A DNA stretch of 47,455 nt from Candidatus Woesearchaeota archaeon (GCA_964362915.1 CAYIGH010000005.1:1-47455); one strand, 5' to 3'; counted from the first letter of the stretch, positions 37,704 through 47,386 are shown. The notes: generated from the letters alone by a model not told the origin. Program-made: numbers and translations.

Positions 37704-38120
37704 TTACGCAATTCTCAAATCAATTCCATAAATATCATGAATAATTTTTTCCAATTCCTCAAGTCGTCTTTTATTCCTTCCAATCAAGATAGCTTTATTC
37801 TGGTTGTTTCCCGCAGTTATTACAATAGAATTATCTTTAATCTCTAAAGACTTAAACTTATTCGGGCCTACTAAATCATGTATAAATCTCTGGGCATCTC
37901 TTAGCCCCAAAGGCTCTTGTATGATCCTAACCCTTTTTCCAAGATTTTCCTGCAATTTTCTTACATTAAGTGCAGAAGGCCCAATAGCTTTAGAAACAAG
38001 TTCCCCAGGTACTGCGAAGAAAATCGTATTGTTGTATATAAAACACTGTTTTGTCTTAACTCTTGAAGCCCTGTCTAGTAGATTAATATATCTCATTGTT
38101 TGCATATTTATAGTCGCCAT
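37704..38120 (-). CDS. nusA: Archaeal NusA (two KH domains)
   Basis: KAIG...NVR.L...LGK.V.I and IG.N..R motifs; canonical position before rps12. Confidence 0.9.
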   Translation of the reverse strand: MATINMQTMRYINLLDRASRVKTKQCFIYNNTIFFAVPGELVSKAIGPSALNVRKLQENLGKRVRIIQEPLGLRDAQRFIHDLVGPNKFKSLEIKDNSIVITAGNNQNKAILIGRNKRRLEELEKIIHDIYGIDLRIA

Positions 38121-38199
38121 TTTACAAATTTCTTCAGAATATTCTCCTATCTATCTTCTTGCATTTGACTATATAAATTTATCTTTTGTCAAGAGGGTT

Positions 38200-38949
38200 T
38201 CAACCAGTTCGGGTTAATTTTTTAGGGATTTTCTTCAAATCTCTTAAAAATTTATAAACATGTTTCATAATTTTATTAAGCTTAATCTTATATTCATCCA
38301 CATTTTCTGGCTGTAAATTTCCTAAAGACATGGCTCTTTCCAATACATTGTTATAATTATTTCTAACTTTATCAATTTCATCATAATGAATATAAACTCC
38401 AGCACAATCAAACTTTCCATCTTCTAGGTCCCTTTCAGGAACAACAAGCATATTGCCAAATTTATAAGGTCTAATAGCAATCATTGCCTTATCCACAAAA
38501 TATGAATATTTCTGATTAGCAGCAACCTCCAAACTAGTATCATCAAATTGATGATTTGGAGATGCATATAATTCAACTTTCTTTTCAAATATCGATTCTA
38601 ACCTAGATTTACCTCTACTCATTAAATCATTTTGTTCTGCATAACTTAATTCTTTTCCATATAAACAATAATTTTCATGCCATGGATCAACAAATCTATG
38701 CTTATATCGGCATTTATGGCTTAATCCTTGCTGTCCCAAAACGCTATTCTCTCTATTAACCGCAACTTTGAACAACTCAAAAAGTTCAGGATTCTGGTCT
38801 TTCCAAATTGGTTCTTGCCATGGGGAAAAAGAAAGAGCAATAGGAATATTTTTTTCAAGAATTTCTTCAATTATCTTTTTTTTATTTCCTTCTTCAAAAT
38901 CTTTTTCTTTGAGGTTTTCAACGTGAATGTCCAATGCTATGCCTGCCAT
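38200..38949 (-). CDS. DUF2334/polysaccharide-deacetylase-like protein
   Basis: Q.G.SH, E..YAEQ, SPNH.FD, .IH motifs of the NodB-like fold, with atypical metal ligands. Confidence 0.55.
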   Translation of the reverse strand: MAGIALDIHVENLKEKDFEEGNKKKIIEEILEKNIPIALSFSPWQEPIWKDQNPELFELFKVAVNRENSVLGQQGLSHKCRYKHRFVDPWHENYCLYGKELSYAEQNDLMSRGKSRLESIFEKKVELYASPNHQFDDTSLEVAANQKYSYFVDKAMIAIRPYKFGNMLVVPERDLEDGKFDCAGVYIHYDEIDKVRNNYNNVLERAMSLGNLQPENVDEYKIKLNKIMKHVYKFLRDLKKIPKKLTRTG

Positions 38950-39320
38950 GTTTCAACACTTCCTCTTTCAGCATCTATAGAATCCCAAAAATTAATAAGC
39001 CCTATTCCAGTATATTTTTCTAATAGTTTAGATTCAATATCCTTTCTCTCGCTTTCAGGAATTACTCTAATTTTTTTTCTAAAAAATCTTTTTTCCTCAT
39101 ATCCACAAACATGGAGTCTAGAGCTAAATCCCTTTACAGCTTCAATAATATAAACTGCTTTTTTATCTTCAGAAACTTGCTGGCAATAAGGCCCTTCCAA
39201 AGCAAATCCTCTTTGATCCAAGCTGCAATAATAATAGCTCATATCATTCATAAATAAATGATTTACATAAGGCCATTTATACAATTTTTCCCCTGCCATA
39301 AAAACCCAATTAAGAATCAA
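38937..39320 (-). CDS. Hypothetical protein
   Basis: 127-aa ORF directly after rpoA. Confidence 0.55.
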   Translation of the reverse strand: MILNWVFMAGEKLYKWPYVNHLFMNDMSYYYCSLDQRGFALEGPYCQQVSEDKKAVYIIEAVKGFSSRLHVCGYEEKRFFRKKIRVIPESERKDIESKLLEKYTGIGLINFWDSIDAERGSVETWQA

Positions 39321-39330
39321 TATTTAAACT

Positions 39331-42300
39331 TTACTCATCCTTTTTAGCGCGTTTCTTCGCTTCTTTATCGCCTTCTCTTACTAAAGGCCCGGTAATTTTA
39401 ACAAGCAATCCTGGCAGGCCAGTTCCAACCGGAATTGGTTGATTCAATAGAATATTCTCAATTACCGAGTTCAATTCTTCCTTAGCCCCTTTTAATGTTG
39501 CACCAATAAACTGTTTATCAGGAGTCTCGAATGTCGCCCTAGCTAAAATACTTGCTTTATCAGAAATAATTCCCATTCTTGTAACTCCCTTGACGCTTCC
39601 CCCAACAGTCATTGCATCAGCGATTAATTTAATATGCCTTATATTTATGTCCAATCCTTGTGTTTCTATGACTTTCTTTATTTCATTTATTATAGTTTGT
39701 CTTGCCGCCTCTATACCAAAAACATTCATAACATCATGAATATCATTAGAAGTAACTCTTTCCGAGTCAATTTCTTTTAGCTTAATTATATCTTTTAAAT
39801 TAGATCCGGCTGTTCGAATAATATACTCTCTTCCAGAGTGCGCTACCAAAACCTGGGCAATGCCTTTAACACCAGAAATAATTGTCTTCTTCAATTTTTC
39901 CTTTAATTTATATATTGCCTTAAAATCAATATCAGATGCATCAACGCCAATCTTTAATTCCCCCACTCTAACTTTAAATTCTTTCTCTTTCAATTTCTCT
40001 GCAATTGTCTGCACACCAACATGAAAATTCTTTAATGCTTTTGAATCCAGCAAAATGTCTATTTTCTTATTTGCGAAATCTATCTTTATTTCAGATAAGA
40101 CCTCTTGCAGTTTAACTTCCTTTATCTTCTCAGCAACTGTTTTTGCATCCTTTTCATTATTATAATCTTTTTTCAGATAAATTTCCATTAAAGGTGTAGA
40201 GGGCTGTTTTCTTGCATCTATAATCTCGATTAAACGGGGAAGACCCTGTGTAACTTGCATCTGAGCAACTCCTGCATGGTGGAAAACATTCAGCACCATC
40301 TGGGTAGAAGCTTCTCCAAATGATTGCGCTGTTACTACCCCAACAGCCTCTCCTGGAGAGACTTTGTTATCATGAAGATGCAGCTTAGCAACATCCTTGC
40401 CGTCATCTCCATACTGGAATTGTATAATATGCTCTGAAGCATCTCTTACTGTTCCGTCATATTCAACTTTCAAATCCTGCAATGCATAAATCAATCTTCT
40501 ATAAAGGTATCCGGATTTAGGCGTTCTTAATGCAGTATCCATTAAACTATCTCTTCCAGTAATTGCTCCAAAGAAGAATTCGCTTGGCTGCAATCCCTTG
40601 AAATAAGATGATTTAATGAAACCTCTTGCCTCTGGTCCAAGATCTCCTCTTTTAAAGAAAGACAAAGTTCTGTTATTATATCCAAAACTTATTCTTTTTC
40701 CAGCAAGTGCCTGCTGCCCAACACAGCATCCGATTTGACCTATGTTTAGTAAACTTCCCTTTGCCCCAGGAGCAATCATCTTATAAACCTCGCTTTCTAT
40801 CGGGAAATGCTCTTTTAGAATATTTCCTATTTCTGTTCTAACCTCATTTAAAATTTGAAGTATCTGAATTTCCCTGGATTCTTCCAGTGTTTTTCCAGGC
40901 ATGGCTTTAATTTTCCCGCTGCCATAATCTTCAATAACTTCTTTAGCCTTTACTTCAGCTTTAGAAATAATATTGGCTGTTATTTCTCTTATTTTATCAG
41001 AGACATTTAAGTCATCCAGCGACATGGTGTATCCTCTCTGCGTTAAATATTGCGTGCCTAATTTGAATGCCTTGTTTATGCAGTCAATAGTCACATCTCT
41101 CCCAAATTCTTTGTCCAAAATCTTAACCATGGCGCCTTCCTCTGCACCAAAGCTATTCTCGCTTGTTATAACGTTTGGAACATTTATGCTGGATCCTTTT
41201 GGAATTATCTGAGCATAAATTTCTTTTCCAGAAATCTTTTTCTTTTTAACAGAATTTACTATGTCCGCCGCGAATAATAGCTGATCAGCGAAATTTTTAT
41301 CAAATTCTTCCTTTGATAAAATGTAAGCTCCTGTAATGGCATCTGTTATTGTACCTACAAGATTCATATTATTTTTCGAAGAAATAATGTTATTGCTAAT
41401 ATTCAAAAGAACTTTAGCTTCAGATTGAGCTTCCTCTGTCTGCGGACTATGAATATTCATCTCATCTCCATCGAAGTCCGCATTATAGGGCGCAGCCGCA
41501 GCAGGATGCAATTTAAATGTTCTATCAGGCAACACTTTAACGCGATGGGCCATTAAACCCTGTTTATGTAATGTAGGGTGTCTGTTAAATAAAACTATGT
41601 CTCCATCTCTCAAATGCCTTTCAACCTTATAACCAGGTTGTAGTTCAGCACATATTTCTTCTTTCAAGTCTTCAGTGACTCTTTTCCTCCTGCCATCTAT
41701 TCTTATTATGTAATTAGCTCCAGGATATATATCTCCTCTTTTTATAATATCCTTTATATACTCTATATTATTGCTGGTGACAGACTCAGCAACAGTAATA
41801 ACCTTAGCAATTTCCAAAGGCACGCCAATTTCATCAATTTTTAAATAAGGATCAGGGGAAATAACAGTTCTAGCAGAATAATTGACTCTTTTACCAGCTA
41901 AATTAGCCCTAATTCTTCCTTCCTTCCCTTTTATTCTCTCTGTAATAGTTTTCAAAGGCTGTCCAGACCTATGTCTTGCAGGAGGTATTCTTGATATATT
42001 ATTATCAAAGAAAGTAGTTATATGATATTGCAATAAATCCCATAAATCTTCTATTATAACTTCAGGTGCTCCCGCATTCAGATTCTCCCATAGTCTTTGA
42101 TTTGCTCTTATAATATCAGATAATTTGTGTGTAATATCATCTTCACTTCTCGTGCCTTCTTCAAGCGTGATACTTGGCCTTACAGTTACAGAAGGAACTA
42201 ATAATAAAGATATAACTGCCCATTCAGGCCTAGCAGTCTTTGGATTTATCCCTGTTTTTTTTAATTCCTCATCGGAAATCTTAACAATCCTATCCCTAAC

Positions 42301-42786
42301 TTCAATAGGGCTTATTCTTCTTTTTCCTATCATAAATGTAGTTGGTTTCTCAAGTTTTACTCTTTCTATTGCCTCATTGCAATGAGGGCATCTTTTTGCA
42401 TCCCTGGCTTTTTTAGCCCGTTCACTAGGAGTATAGTTTAGTTGTTTCTCTTCAGTCAAAGTTAATTTGCCGCAACTAGGGCAATAACTTCTTAGGCAGT
42501 GCTCAATTAATTGAATATACTTTATATGAAATATAGGCCTCGCTAATTCGATACTTCCAGGATGTCCAGGGCATTCTTTCACTCTTTTTCCACAAGTCCT
42601 GCATCTTACTCCAGGATCAATAGCACCAAGTCTCAGATCCATTAATCCTCCATCAACAGGGAATCCATCTATGTCATATAATTCTGGCGTTACTATCTTG
42701 GCAGAACTTAATTTCTTGATTTGTTCAGGGCTAAGTAAGCTGAATCCCAAAGATTTTACCTGCTTTCTAAAATTTTCCATTTTCAT
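39331..42786 (-). CDS. rpoA1: RNA polymerase largest subunit, fused A'+A'' (Rpo1N+Rpo1C)
   Basis: C..C...CPGH, NADFDGD, bridge helix TP.SGY..RRL, then in frame GEAVG...GE..TQM and RA.FET...GTG. Confidence 0.97.
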   Translation of the reverse strand: MKMENFRKQVKSLGFSLLSPEQIKKLSSAKIVTPELYDIDGFPVDGGLMDLRLGAIDPGVRCRTCGKRVKECPGHPGSIELARPIFHIKYIQLIEHCLRSYCPSCGKLTLTEEKQLNYTPSERAKKARDAKRCPHCNEAIERVKLEKPTTFMIGKRRISPIEVRDRIVKISDEELKKTGINPKTARPEWAVISLLLVPSVTVRPSITLEEGTRSEDDITHKLSDIIRANQRLWENLNAGAPEVIIEDLWDLLQYHITTFFDNNISRIPPARHRSGQPLKTITERIKGKEGRIRANLAGKRVNYSARTVISPDPYLKIDEIGVPLEIAKVITVAESVTSNNIEYIKDIIKRGDIYPGANYIIRIDGRRKRVTEDLKEEICAELQPGYKVERHLRDGDIVLFNRHPTLHKQGLMAHRVKVLPDRTFKLHPAAAAPYNADFDGDEMNIHSPQTEEAQSEAKVLLNISNNIISSKNNMNLVGTITDAITGAYILSKEEFDKNFADQLLFAADIVNSVKKKKISGKEIYAQIIPKGSSINVPNVITSENSFGAEEGAMVKILDKEFGRDVTIDCINKAFKLGTQYLTQRGYTMSLDDLNVSDKIREITANIISKAEVKAKEVIEDYGSGKIKAMPGKTLEESREIQILQILNEVRTEIGNILKEHFPIESEVYKMIAPGAKGSLLNIGQIGCCVGQQALAGKRISFGYNNRTLSFFKRGDLGPEARGFIKSSYFKGLQPSEFFFGAITGRDSLMDTALRTPKSGYLYRRLIYALQDLKVEYDGTVRDASEHIIQFQYGDDGKDVAKLHLHDNKVSPGEAVGVVTAQSFGEASTQMVLNVFHHAGVAQMQVTQGLPRLIEIIDARKQPSTPLMEIYLKKDYNNEKDAKTVAEKIKEVKLQEVLSEIKIDFANKKIDILLDSKALKNFHVGVQTIAEKLKEKEFKVRVGELKIGVDASDIDFKAIYKLKEKLKKTIISGVKGIAQVLVAHSGREYIIRTAGSNLKDIIKLKEIDSERVTSNDIHDVMNVFGIEAARQTIINEIKKVIETQGLDINIRHIKLIADAMTVGGSVKGVTRMGIISDKASILARATFETPDKQFIGATLKGAKEELNSVIENILLNQPIPVGTGLPGLLVKITGPLVREGDKEAKKRAKKDE

Positions 42787-42959
42787 TTTATGCTCCTCTG
42801 ATAAGTAATATACAAATCTTGATAATTATAATATAACTCCATCATACCATTTTTAGATTTAGCAACTTCTCTTTCCTGCCCCCTATCAATATTTCTTCTT
42901 TCCTGCCCCCTATCAATATTTCTTCTTTCTTCCATTAATTTATTATTATATCTTTTCAT
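42783..42959 (-). CDS. 58-aa small ORF between rpoB and rpoA (not in ORF track)
   Basis: MKRYNNKLMEERRNIDRGQERRNIDRGQEREVAKSKNGMMELYYNYQDLYITYQRSIK; ATG 1 nt after the rpoB stop, TGA overlapping the rpoA ATG. Confidence 0.55.
   Translation of the reverse strand: MKRYNNKLMEERRNIDRGQERRNIDRGQEREVAKSKNGMMELYYNYQDLYITYQRSIK
42871..42924. repeat. Perfect 27-bp tandem duplication
   Basis: CTTTCCTGCCCCCTATCAATATTTCTT x2. Confidence 0.95.
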
Positions 42960-42960
42960 T

Positions 42961-45900
42961 TTATCGCTCGTATTTATTCTTCAAGCTGAATTTAGTTAAT
43001 ATACCAAGCCCTAACAACTCATCAACTAGTAACTTGAATGCATATGAAATCTCAACTGGATCTGATTCATTGCCGCCGCATAATTGACAAGGAGTTTTAT
43101 TTCTTATAATATCTTCATAAGTCATATTCCCGCAATCTTTGCAAATATAAATTACTGTTTTATCAGAACTATATCTTTCCTTCAAAAGCAATGATGCCCC
43201 ATGTCCAGCAAGCGCCTGTTGCTCCATTTCTCCCAATCTTAAACCTCCCCCCTTTGCTCTTCCTTCAATTGGTTGTCTTGTTAATAATGTAACTTTTCCA
43301 GAAGCCCTTGCGTGTAATAAATTCTTTACCATTCTTACTAACTTCAAATAGTACATATTCCCAATATAAATTTGCGCCTTCATCTTTTTCCCGCTAACAC
43401 CATCATATAGCACTTCTTTTCCATTAGGCCTGAATCCCATTTCCTTAAGTTGAGTCTTTAGCTCATCGACACCCTGTCCGCTGAATGGAGTACCATCAAT
43501 AATCCTTCCACTTGCACCTGCTGTTTTGCCTGCTAATAACTCTATCAAATATCCAACAGACATTCTGCTTGGAATTCCGTGCGGATTAAACATTAGGTCC
43601 GGCTTTACCCCTCTTCTCGTAAATGGAATATCCCGCGAATCAGCAATTAGTCCAACAACTCCTTTTTGTCCATGGGGTGCAGAATATTTGTCTCCAGGCT
43701 CAGGCAATCTTTCATCTCGTGTTCTTATTTGAATTACTCTATCTCCTTCCCCATTTATAGTTATAAAAACAGCATCAACAATGCCCTGCTCTTCTTGCCT
43801 TATTGCCACACTGGCCTCTTTTTTCGCCTGTATACTAATATCTCTTGCCTCACTCAAAAATTTAGGAGGCGTTACTTTACCTATAACAACATCCCCTGAC
43901 TTCATATAAGCTTCTGGATATACTATTCCATCGTCTTCTAAAAATCTATAAGATTGTTCAGTTCTATATCCAGAAACATCTTTATCAGGAATACTAATCT
44001 GATCACTCAAACATCCAGGATATTGTAATTCAGTTGCGACATAAGGCCTGAAAAATGTACTTCTTCCCATTCCTCTATCAACACTGTCTTTACTAAGCAC
44101 GATAGCATCTTCCATATTATATCCTTCATAAGGCATAATTGCAACTATGATATTTTGGCCTGAAGGATATATTTCAAGTGTGTCATAAATAAAGCTCCTT
44201 ACAAGAGGCTTTTGCGGATAGTGTAATATGGAGACGTTGCTATCTAATCTTAGTAGATAATTAGCAGCATAAATTCCCAAACTCTGCTTGAGTGTTTTAC
44301 TTCCCTTATTAAGTCTCGAGCTCTGATCATGATTGGCATAGGGTACGAGACTGGTTATCAATCCAAACAAATCTACAGGATGTATCTTTAAATGCGTATG
44401 TTCCGCGGTAATATCCTCAACTCTGTTAGCAATAAGAGCATTATCTTCCTCTGCAGCATCTATATACTCAATAATACCTTGTCCAATCAAATCTTTCCAT
44501 GTAATCTTTCCTTCATTTAATTCAATCAAGTGCTCATCTCTCAGTTTACTGGCACCATCTTCTACAACAAGCAATGGCCTCAAGACTCTCCCGACCTCAG
44601 TTGAGATAGTAACTTGATCAAGAATTTCATCATATCTCACACTTAATTCCTCTGGCAATTCATTTCTTCGTCTCATAACTCTGACTACTTTGGCAAAGTC
44701 ATAAGGATTTGCCACAAAACCTATAAATCTTCCATTAAAGAATACATCCTTCCCTTTTTCTTCCATTAAACCAATATTTCTAAGGTTTTTTAATATCATC
44801 TTCTCATCAAAACTTACCTCAGTAGAAACCTTGGCAAGCAAAGCCAGATTCTTCCTTAATCCAATTTCTATGCCTTCAGGAGTTTCTGTTGGACAGAATC
44901 TGCCATAGTGAGTAGGATGCAATGTCCTGGCAGCGAAATTTTCTTGTTCTCCAGGCAACAGACTAGTAACCCTTTGCAACTGAGATAAAGCAGCAAGATA
45001 ATTATTCTTCTCCATATTTTGAGTAACACCAGATTTCTCCCCGATCCAGCTTCCAGTTGCAATTGCGCTCTCAATTCTATGCGAGAACAAAGTAGATTTT
45101 GATATGGTCTTTAAAGAGTAGAACTTCTTTCGTTTAGAAACTTTTTGCAAAGAATATTGTATGTCTCTAATAAGTATTCCAAAATTAACCCTAAATAGAT
45201 CAGCCATTAAATCACCAGAAAGCTTAACCCTTTTATTGGCATAATGGTCTTTATCAGTCCTTATTCTCTTGTCATCTTTCGCTCTCAGATATAGTCTTAT
45301 GAACCTGCATAATGAGATGGCTTTTTCATTTCTAGAACTCTTGTCCATTCCTATATGAGTAAGAAAAAATGAGTCTATCCTTTGTTTAACTCTATCAAGA
45401 ATTTCCTTCTTTGTTCCCTGTATACCTGATTTTTCAGCTATATATAACATAGCATCATCAAAACTCTGAATATTAGTAAATTCATATAAATTAACAATTA
45501 AGCAATCATTCTCATAATCGATATTTTTTGCTATATCAGATTCTTTAATTATACCAAGTGCTTTTAATAAAACTACTGCAGGAATATTTCTCAATCTGCT
45601 AAAAGTTAATTCTAATATTCCCTCATTTGTTTCAGATATAGTTGTTGGTATCCTGTAAGAGCCCCTTTGAGAAAATATTCTCAATGTTAGCCCTTGTCTG
45701 CCTTCTTCTATAAATGGCTGATTCGGTGCCAAATCTTCAGACATAACAATGACTCTCTCGTTGCCATTAATAATGAAATATCCCCCAGGATCAAGAGGAT
45801 CCATTAAATTCTCCTTTAATTCTTCCCTGTTCATTCCTCTTGTGGTGCAAGCAGAACTTCTTACCATTATAGGTATTCTTCCAATTTCGACCTCTGCATC

Positions 45901-46209
45901 ATCTGTTTGATCGCCATATTTTACACCTAAATCAATAAAAACAGGGGCAGAATAAGTTAGATTCCTTATTTTAGCAACCATTGGCGTAAGAACAGATGAA
46001 CTGCCATCAGCTTCGATTATATTGGGCCCTCCAATCTTTACTTTTCCTATTTTTATCTCAATGTCTTCATGAGTTAGAGAGTCATTGATTTCACTTACTA
46101 TATTTTGTAATTTATTCTCAAGAAAATTATTAAAGGATAAGATATTAGACTCTACAAGAGAGTGCTGTTTCAGATATTTCTCAACTAAAATATTTTCTTT
46201 TCTCCCCAT
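42961..46209 (-). CDS. rpoB: RNA polymerase subunit B, unsplit (Rpo2)
   Basis: GGYFIING.ER, ETPEG, YNMEDA, GDK...HGQKG, NPHGIPSRM, GG.RLGEME, C..C...C..C. Confidence 0.97.
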   Translation of the reverse strand: MGRKENILVEKYLKQHSLVESNILSFNNFLENKLQNIVSEINDSLTHEDIEIKIGKVKIGGPNIIEADGSSSVLTPMVAKIRNLTYSAPVFIDLGVKYGDQTDDAEVEIGRIPIMVRSSACTTRGMNREELKENLMDPLDPGGYFIINGNERVIVMSEDLAPNQPFIEEGRQGLTLRIFSQRGSYRIPTTISETNEGILELTFSRLRNIPAVVLLKALGIIKESDIAKNIDYENDCLIVNLYEFTNIQSFDDAMLYIAEKSGIQGTKKEILDRVKQRIDSFFLTHIGMDKSSRNEKAISLCRFIRLYLRAKDDKRIRTDKDHYANKRVKLSGDLMADLFRVNFGILIRDIQYSLQKVSKRKKFYSLKTISKSTLFSHRIESAIATGSWIGEKSGVTQNMEKNNYLAALSQLQRVTSLLPGEQENFAARTLHPTHYGRFCPTETPEGIEIGLRKNLALLAKVSTEVSFDEKMILKNLRNIGLMEEKGKDVFFNGRFIGFVANPYDFAKVVRVMRRRNELPEELSVRYDEILDQVTISTEVGRVLRPLLVVEDGASKLRDEHLIELNEGKITWKDLIGQGIIEYIDAAEEDNALIANRVEDITAEHTHLKIHPVDLFGLITSLVPYANHDQSSRLNKGSKTLKQSLGIYAANYLLRLDSNVSILHYPQKPLVRSFIYDTLEIYPSGQNIIVAIMPYEGYNMEDAIVLSKDSVDRGMGRSTFFRPYVATELQYPGCLSDQISIPDKDVSGYRTEQSYRFLEDDGIVYPEAYMKSGDVVIGKVTPPKFLSEARDISIQAKKEASVAIRQEEQGIVDAVFITINGEGDRVIQIRTRDERLPEPGDKYSAPHGQKGVVGLIADSRDIPFTRRGVKPDLMFNPHGIPSRMSVGYLIELLAGKTAGASGRIIDGTPFSGQGVDELKTQLKEMGFRPNGKEVLYDGVSGKKMKAQIYIGNMYYLKLVRMVKNLLHARASGKVTLLTRQPIEGRAKGGGLRLGEMEQQALAGHGASLLLKERYSSDKTVIYICKDCGNMTYEDIIRNKTPCQLCGGNESDPVEISYAFKLLVDELLGLGILTKFSLKNKYER

Positions 46210-46415
46210 TATACAACAACTCTAAAATATAAGTTAATTTTATCTTCCTCCTTTCTCTCTATTTTAATGACATCTCCCTTTGAACATCCTTCTGGAAGAG
46301 CAAGGTCACCAAGTTTTATAATAGGCAGTTGCGAAACAGAAATATTATATCTAACTAATAATTTTTTTACTTCTTCTGGTTTCAACTTAGTATGTTTTGG
46401 CTGTAGGACGTGCAT
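46209..46415 (-). CDS. rpoH: RNA polymerase subunit H (Rpo5)
   Basis: H.L.PKH..L, QLP.I...D, GDVIKIER, YFRVV. Confidence 0.95.
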   Translation of the reverse strand: MHVLQPKHTKLKPEEVKKLLVRYNISVSQLPIIKLGDLALPEGCSKGDVIKIERKEEDKINLYFRVVV

Positions 46416-46550
46416 AGGGCTATATCTGCAGACTCTGAAAATTTAGTTTTCTACTACAAGATAATAAAAGATGAGTGTAAAACTGGCTTTTTAAATCTTT
46501 CCTTGGTTTTCTATTTAACCAAAGTATTAATAAAAATGAAGAATAATAAA

Positions 46551-46601
46551 AAATGGCACCGACGGGAGGGCATCATGAGTGATATACTTCCCATTAATCT
46601 G
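46551..46601. repeat. Structured direct repeat, copy 1
   Basis: 41/51 ungapped identity to 47310-47360; overlaps the toxin stop codon. Confidence 0.85.
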
Positions 46602-47013
46602 AATTTCTTATTGTTTTGATGATATCCTCTGTTTTCCAAATTTTAATTTTCTTTTGTTGTTGAAAATGCTTGTCATCACTCCAAATTGAGCAACCATATG
46701 CTAACGCCGTTGCAATAACTGGAACATCATCTTTGTCTATCTTGCCTATTATTTCTTCAGCTTCGCTCAAAAAAGGCAAAATCCTATTTGATTTGACAAT
46801 GCTAAAATAACTGCTTAATTTAGAAATCAAGGTTTCGAATTCCTCTTCAGATAATCCAGATTTTTCAAGCAATTCTTCTTTATGCTCTTCTATTTCTTGG
46901 AAATGAACTTCTGGAACAAGAAGCTTGTAGGGGCTATTTACTAGGAGTTCCCTCATCTTACTATCTCTTAACAAAGCTGCAATAAGAATATTAGCATCAA
47001 TAACGATGTTCAT
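46594..47013 (-). CDS. vapC: PIN-domain toxin (VapC/PIN_3-like)
   Basis: VIDANIL, E, D.DD.P..A.A, IWS.DKHF. Confidence 0.85.
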   Translation of the reverse strand: MNIVIDANILIAALLRDSKMRELLVNSPYKLLVPEVHFQEIEEHKEELLEKSGLSEEEFETLISKLSSYFSIVKSNRILPFLSEAEEIIGKIDKDDVPVIATALAYGCSIWSDDKHFQQQKKIKIWKTEDIIKTIRNSD

Positions 47014-47227
47014 GCAGCCTTTTGGCTGCAGATGCTTTTATACTTTTACTTATCGCTTCCACATCTTTTTCTGTAAGCTTGCTCTTTGAGACGATTCTAT
47101 TCATAATCTCGAGGTCATTTACTCTTTTCTCTATTGCCTGCCTTGCTACTTCACTCCAGCGTATCTCTGAAAATGCCTTCATTTTCTTTGCCAGTTCATC
47201 TGGTATGGCCAATGTCATATTTGTCAT
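46997..47227 (-). CDS. vapB: RHH-type antitoxin
   Basis: NMTLAIPDEL...M......WSEVAR.AI; overlaps the toxin start. Confidence 0.8.
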   Translation of the reverse strand: MTNMTLAIPDELAKKMKAFSEIRWSEVARQAIEKRVNDLEIMNRIVSKSKLTEKDVEAISKSIKASAAKRLHEHRY

Positions 47228-47230
47228 ACA

Positions 47231-47254
47231 TAAATATGTGATAACACATATTTA
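47231..47254. promoter_or_regulatory. Palindromic operator of the TA operon overlapping its TATA box
   Basis: TAAATATGTG-ATAA-CACATATTTA, 10-bp perfect arms 3 nt upstream of the antitoxin ATG. Confidence 0.75.
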
Positions 47255-47309
47255 AAGTTTTTGGTTTTTAACCTTACCCTTTACATTTTATTATTAAGTT
47301 GTAAAGGGC

Positions 47310-47360
47310 AAATGGTCCCGACGGGAGGGTATCAAATGTGATACACTCCCCATGAAACTG
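47310..47360. repeat. Structured direct repeat, copy 2
   Basis: AAATGGTCCCGACGGGAGGGTATCAAATGTGATACACTCCCCATGAAACTG. Confidence 0.85.
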
Positions 47361-47386
47361 GAATAAGAAGATATCGTCTTAACGAT

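Noticed and set aside
42871-42924. 27-bp repeat as a mini-CRISPR
   Set aside because: Copies are directly adjacent with no spacer, and no cas genes are present
46410-46619. 69-aa plus-strand ORF upstream of rpoH
   Set aside because: Covers the rpoH upstream region and the repeat; low-complexity AT-rich translation with no support
46551-47360. Repeats as CRISPR, canonical attC, group II intron end, ribozyme or split-tRNA halves
   Set aside because: Only two copies 759 bp apart; no RYYYAAC/GTTRRRY boxes, no domain V or hammerhead core, and no TTC T-loop or anticodon half
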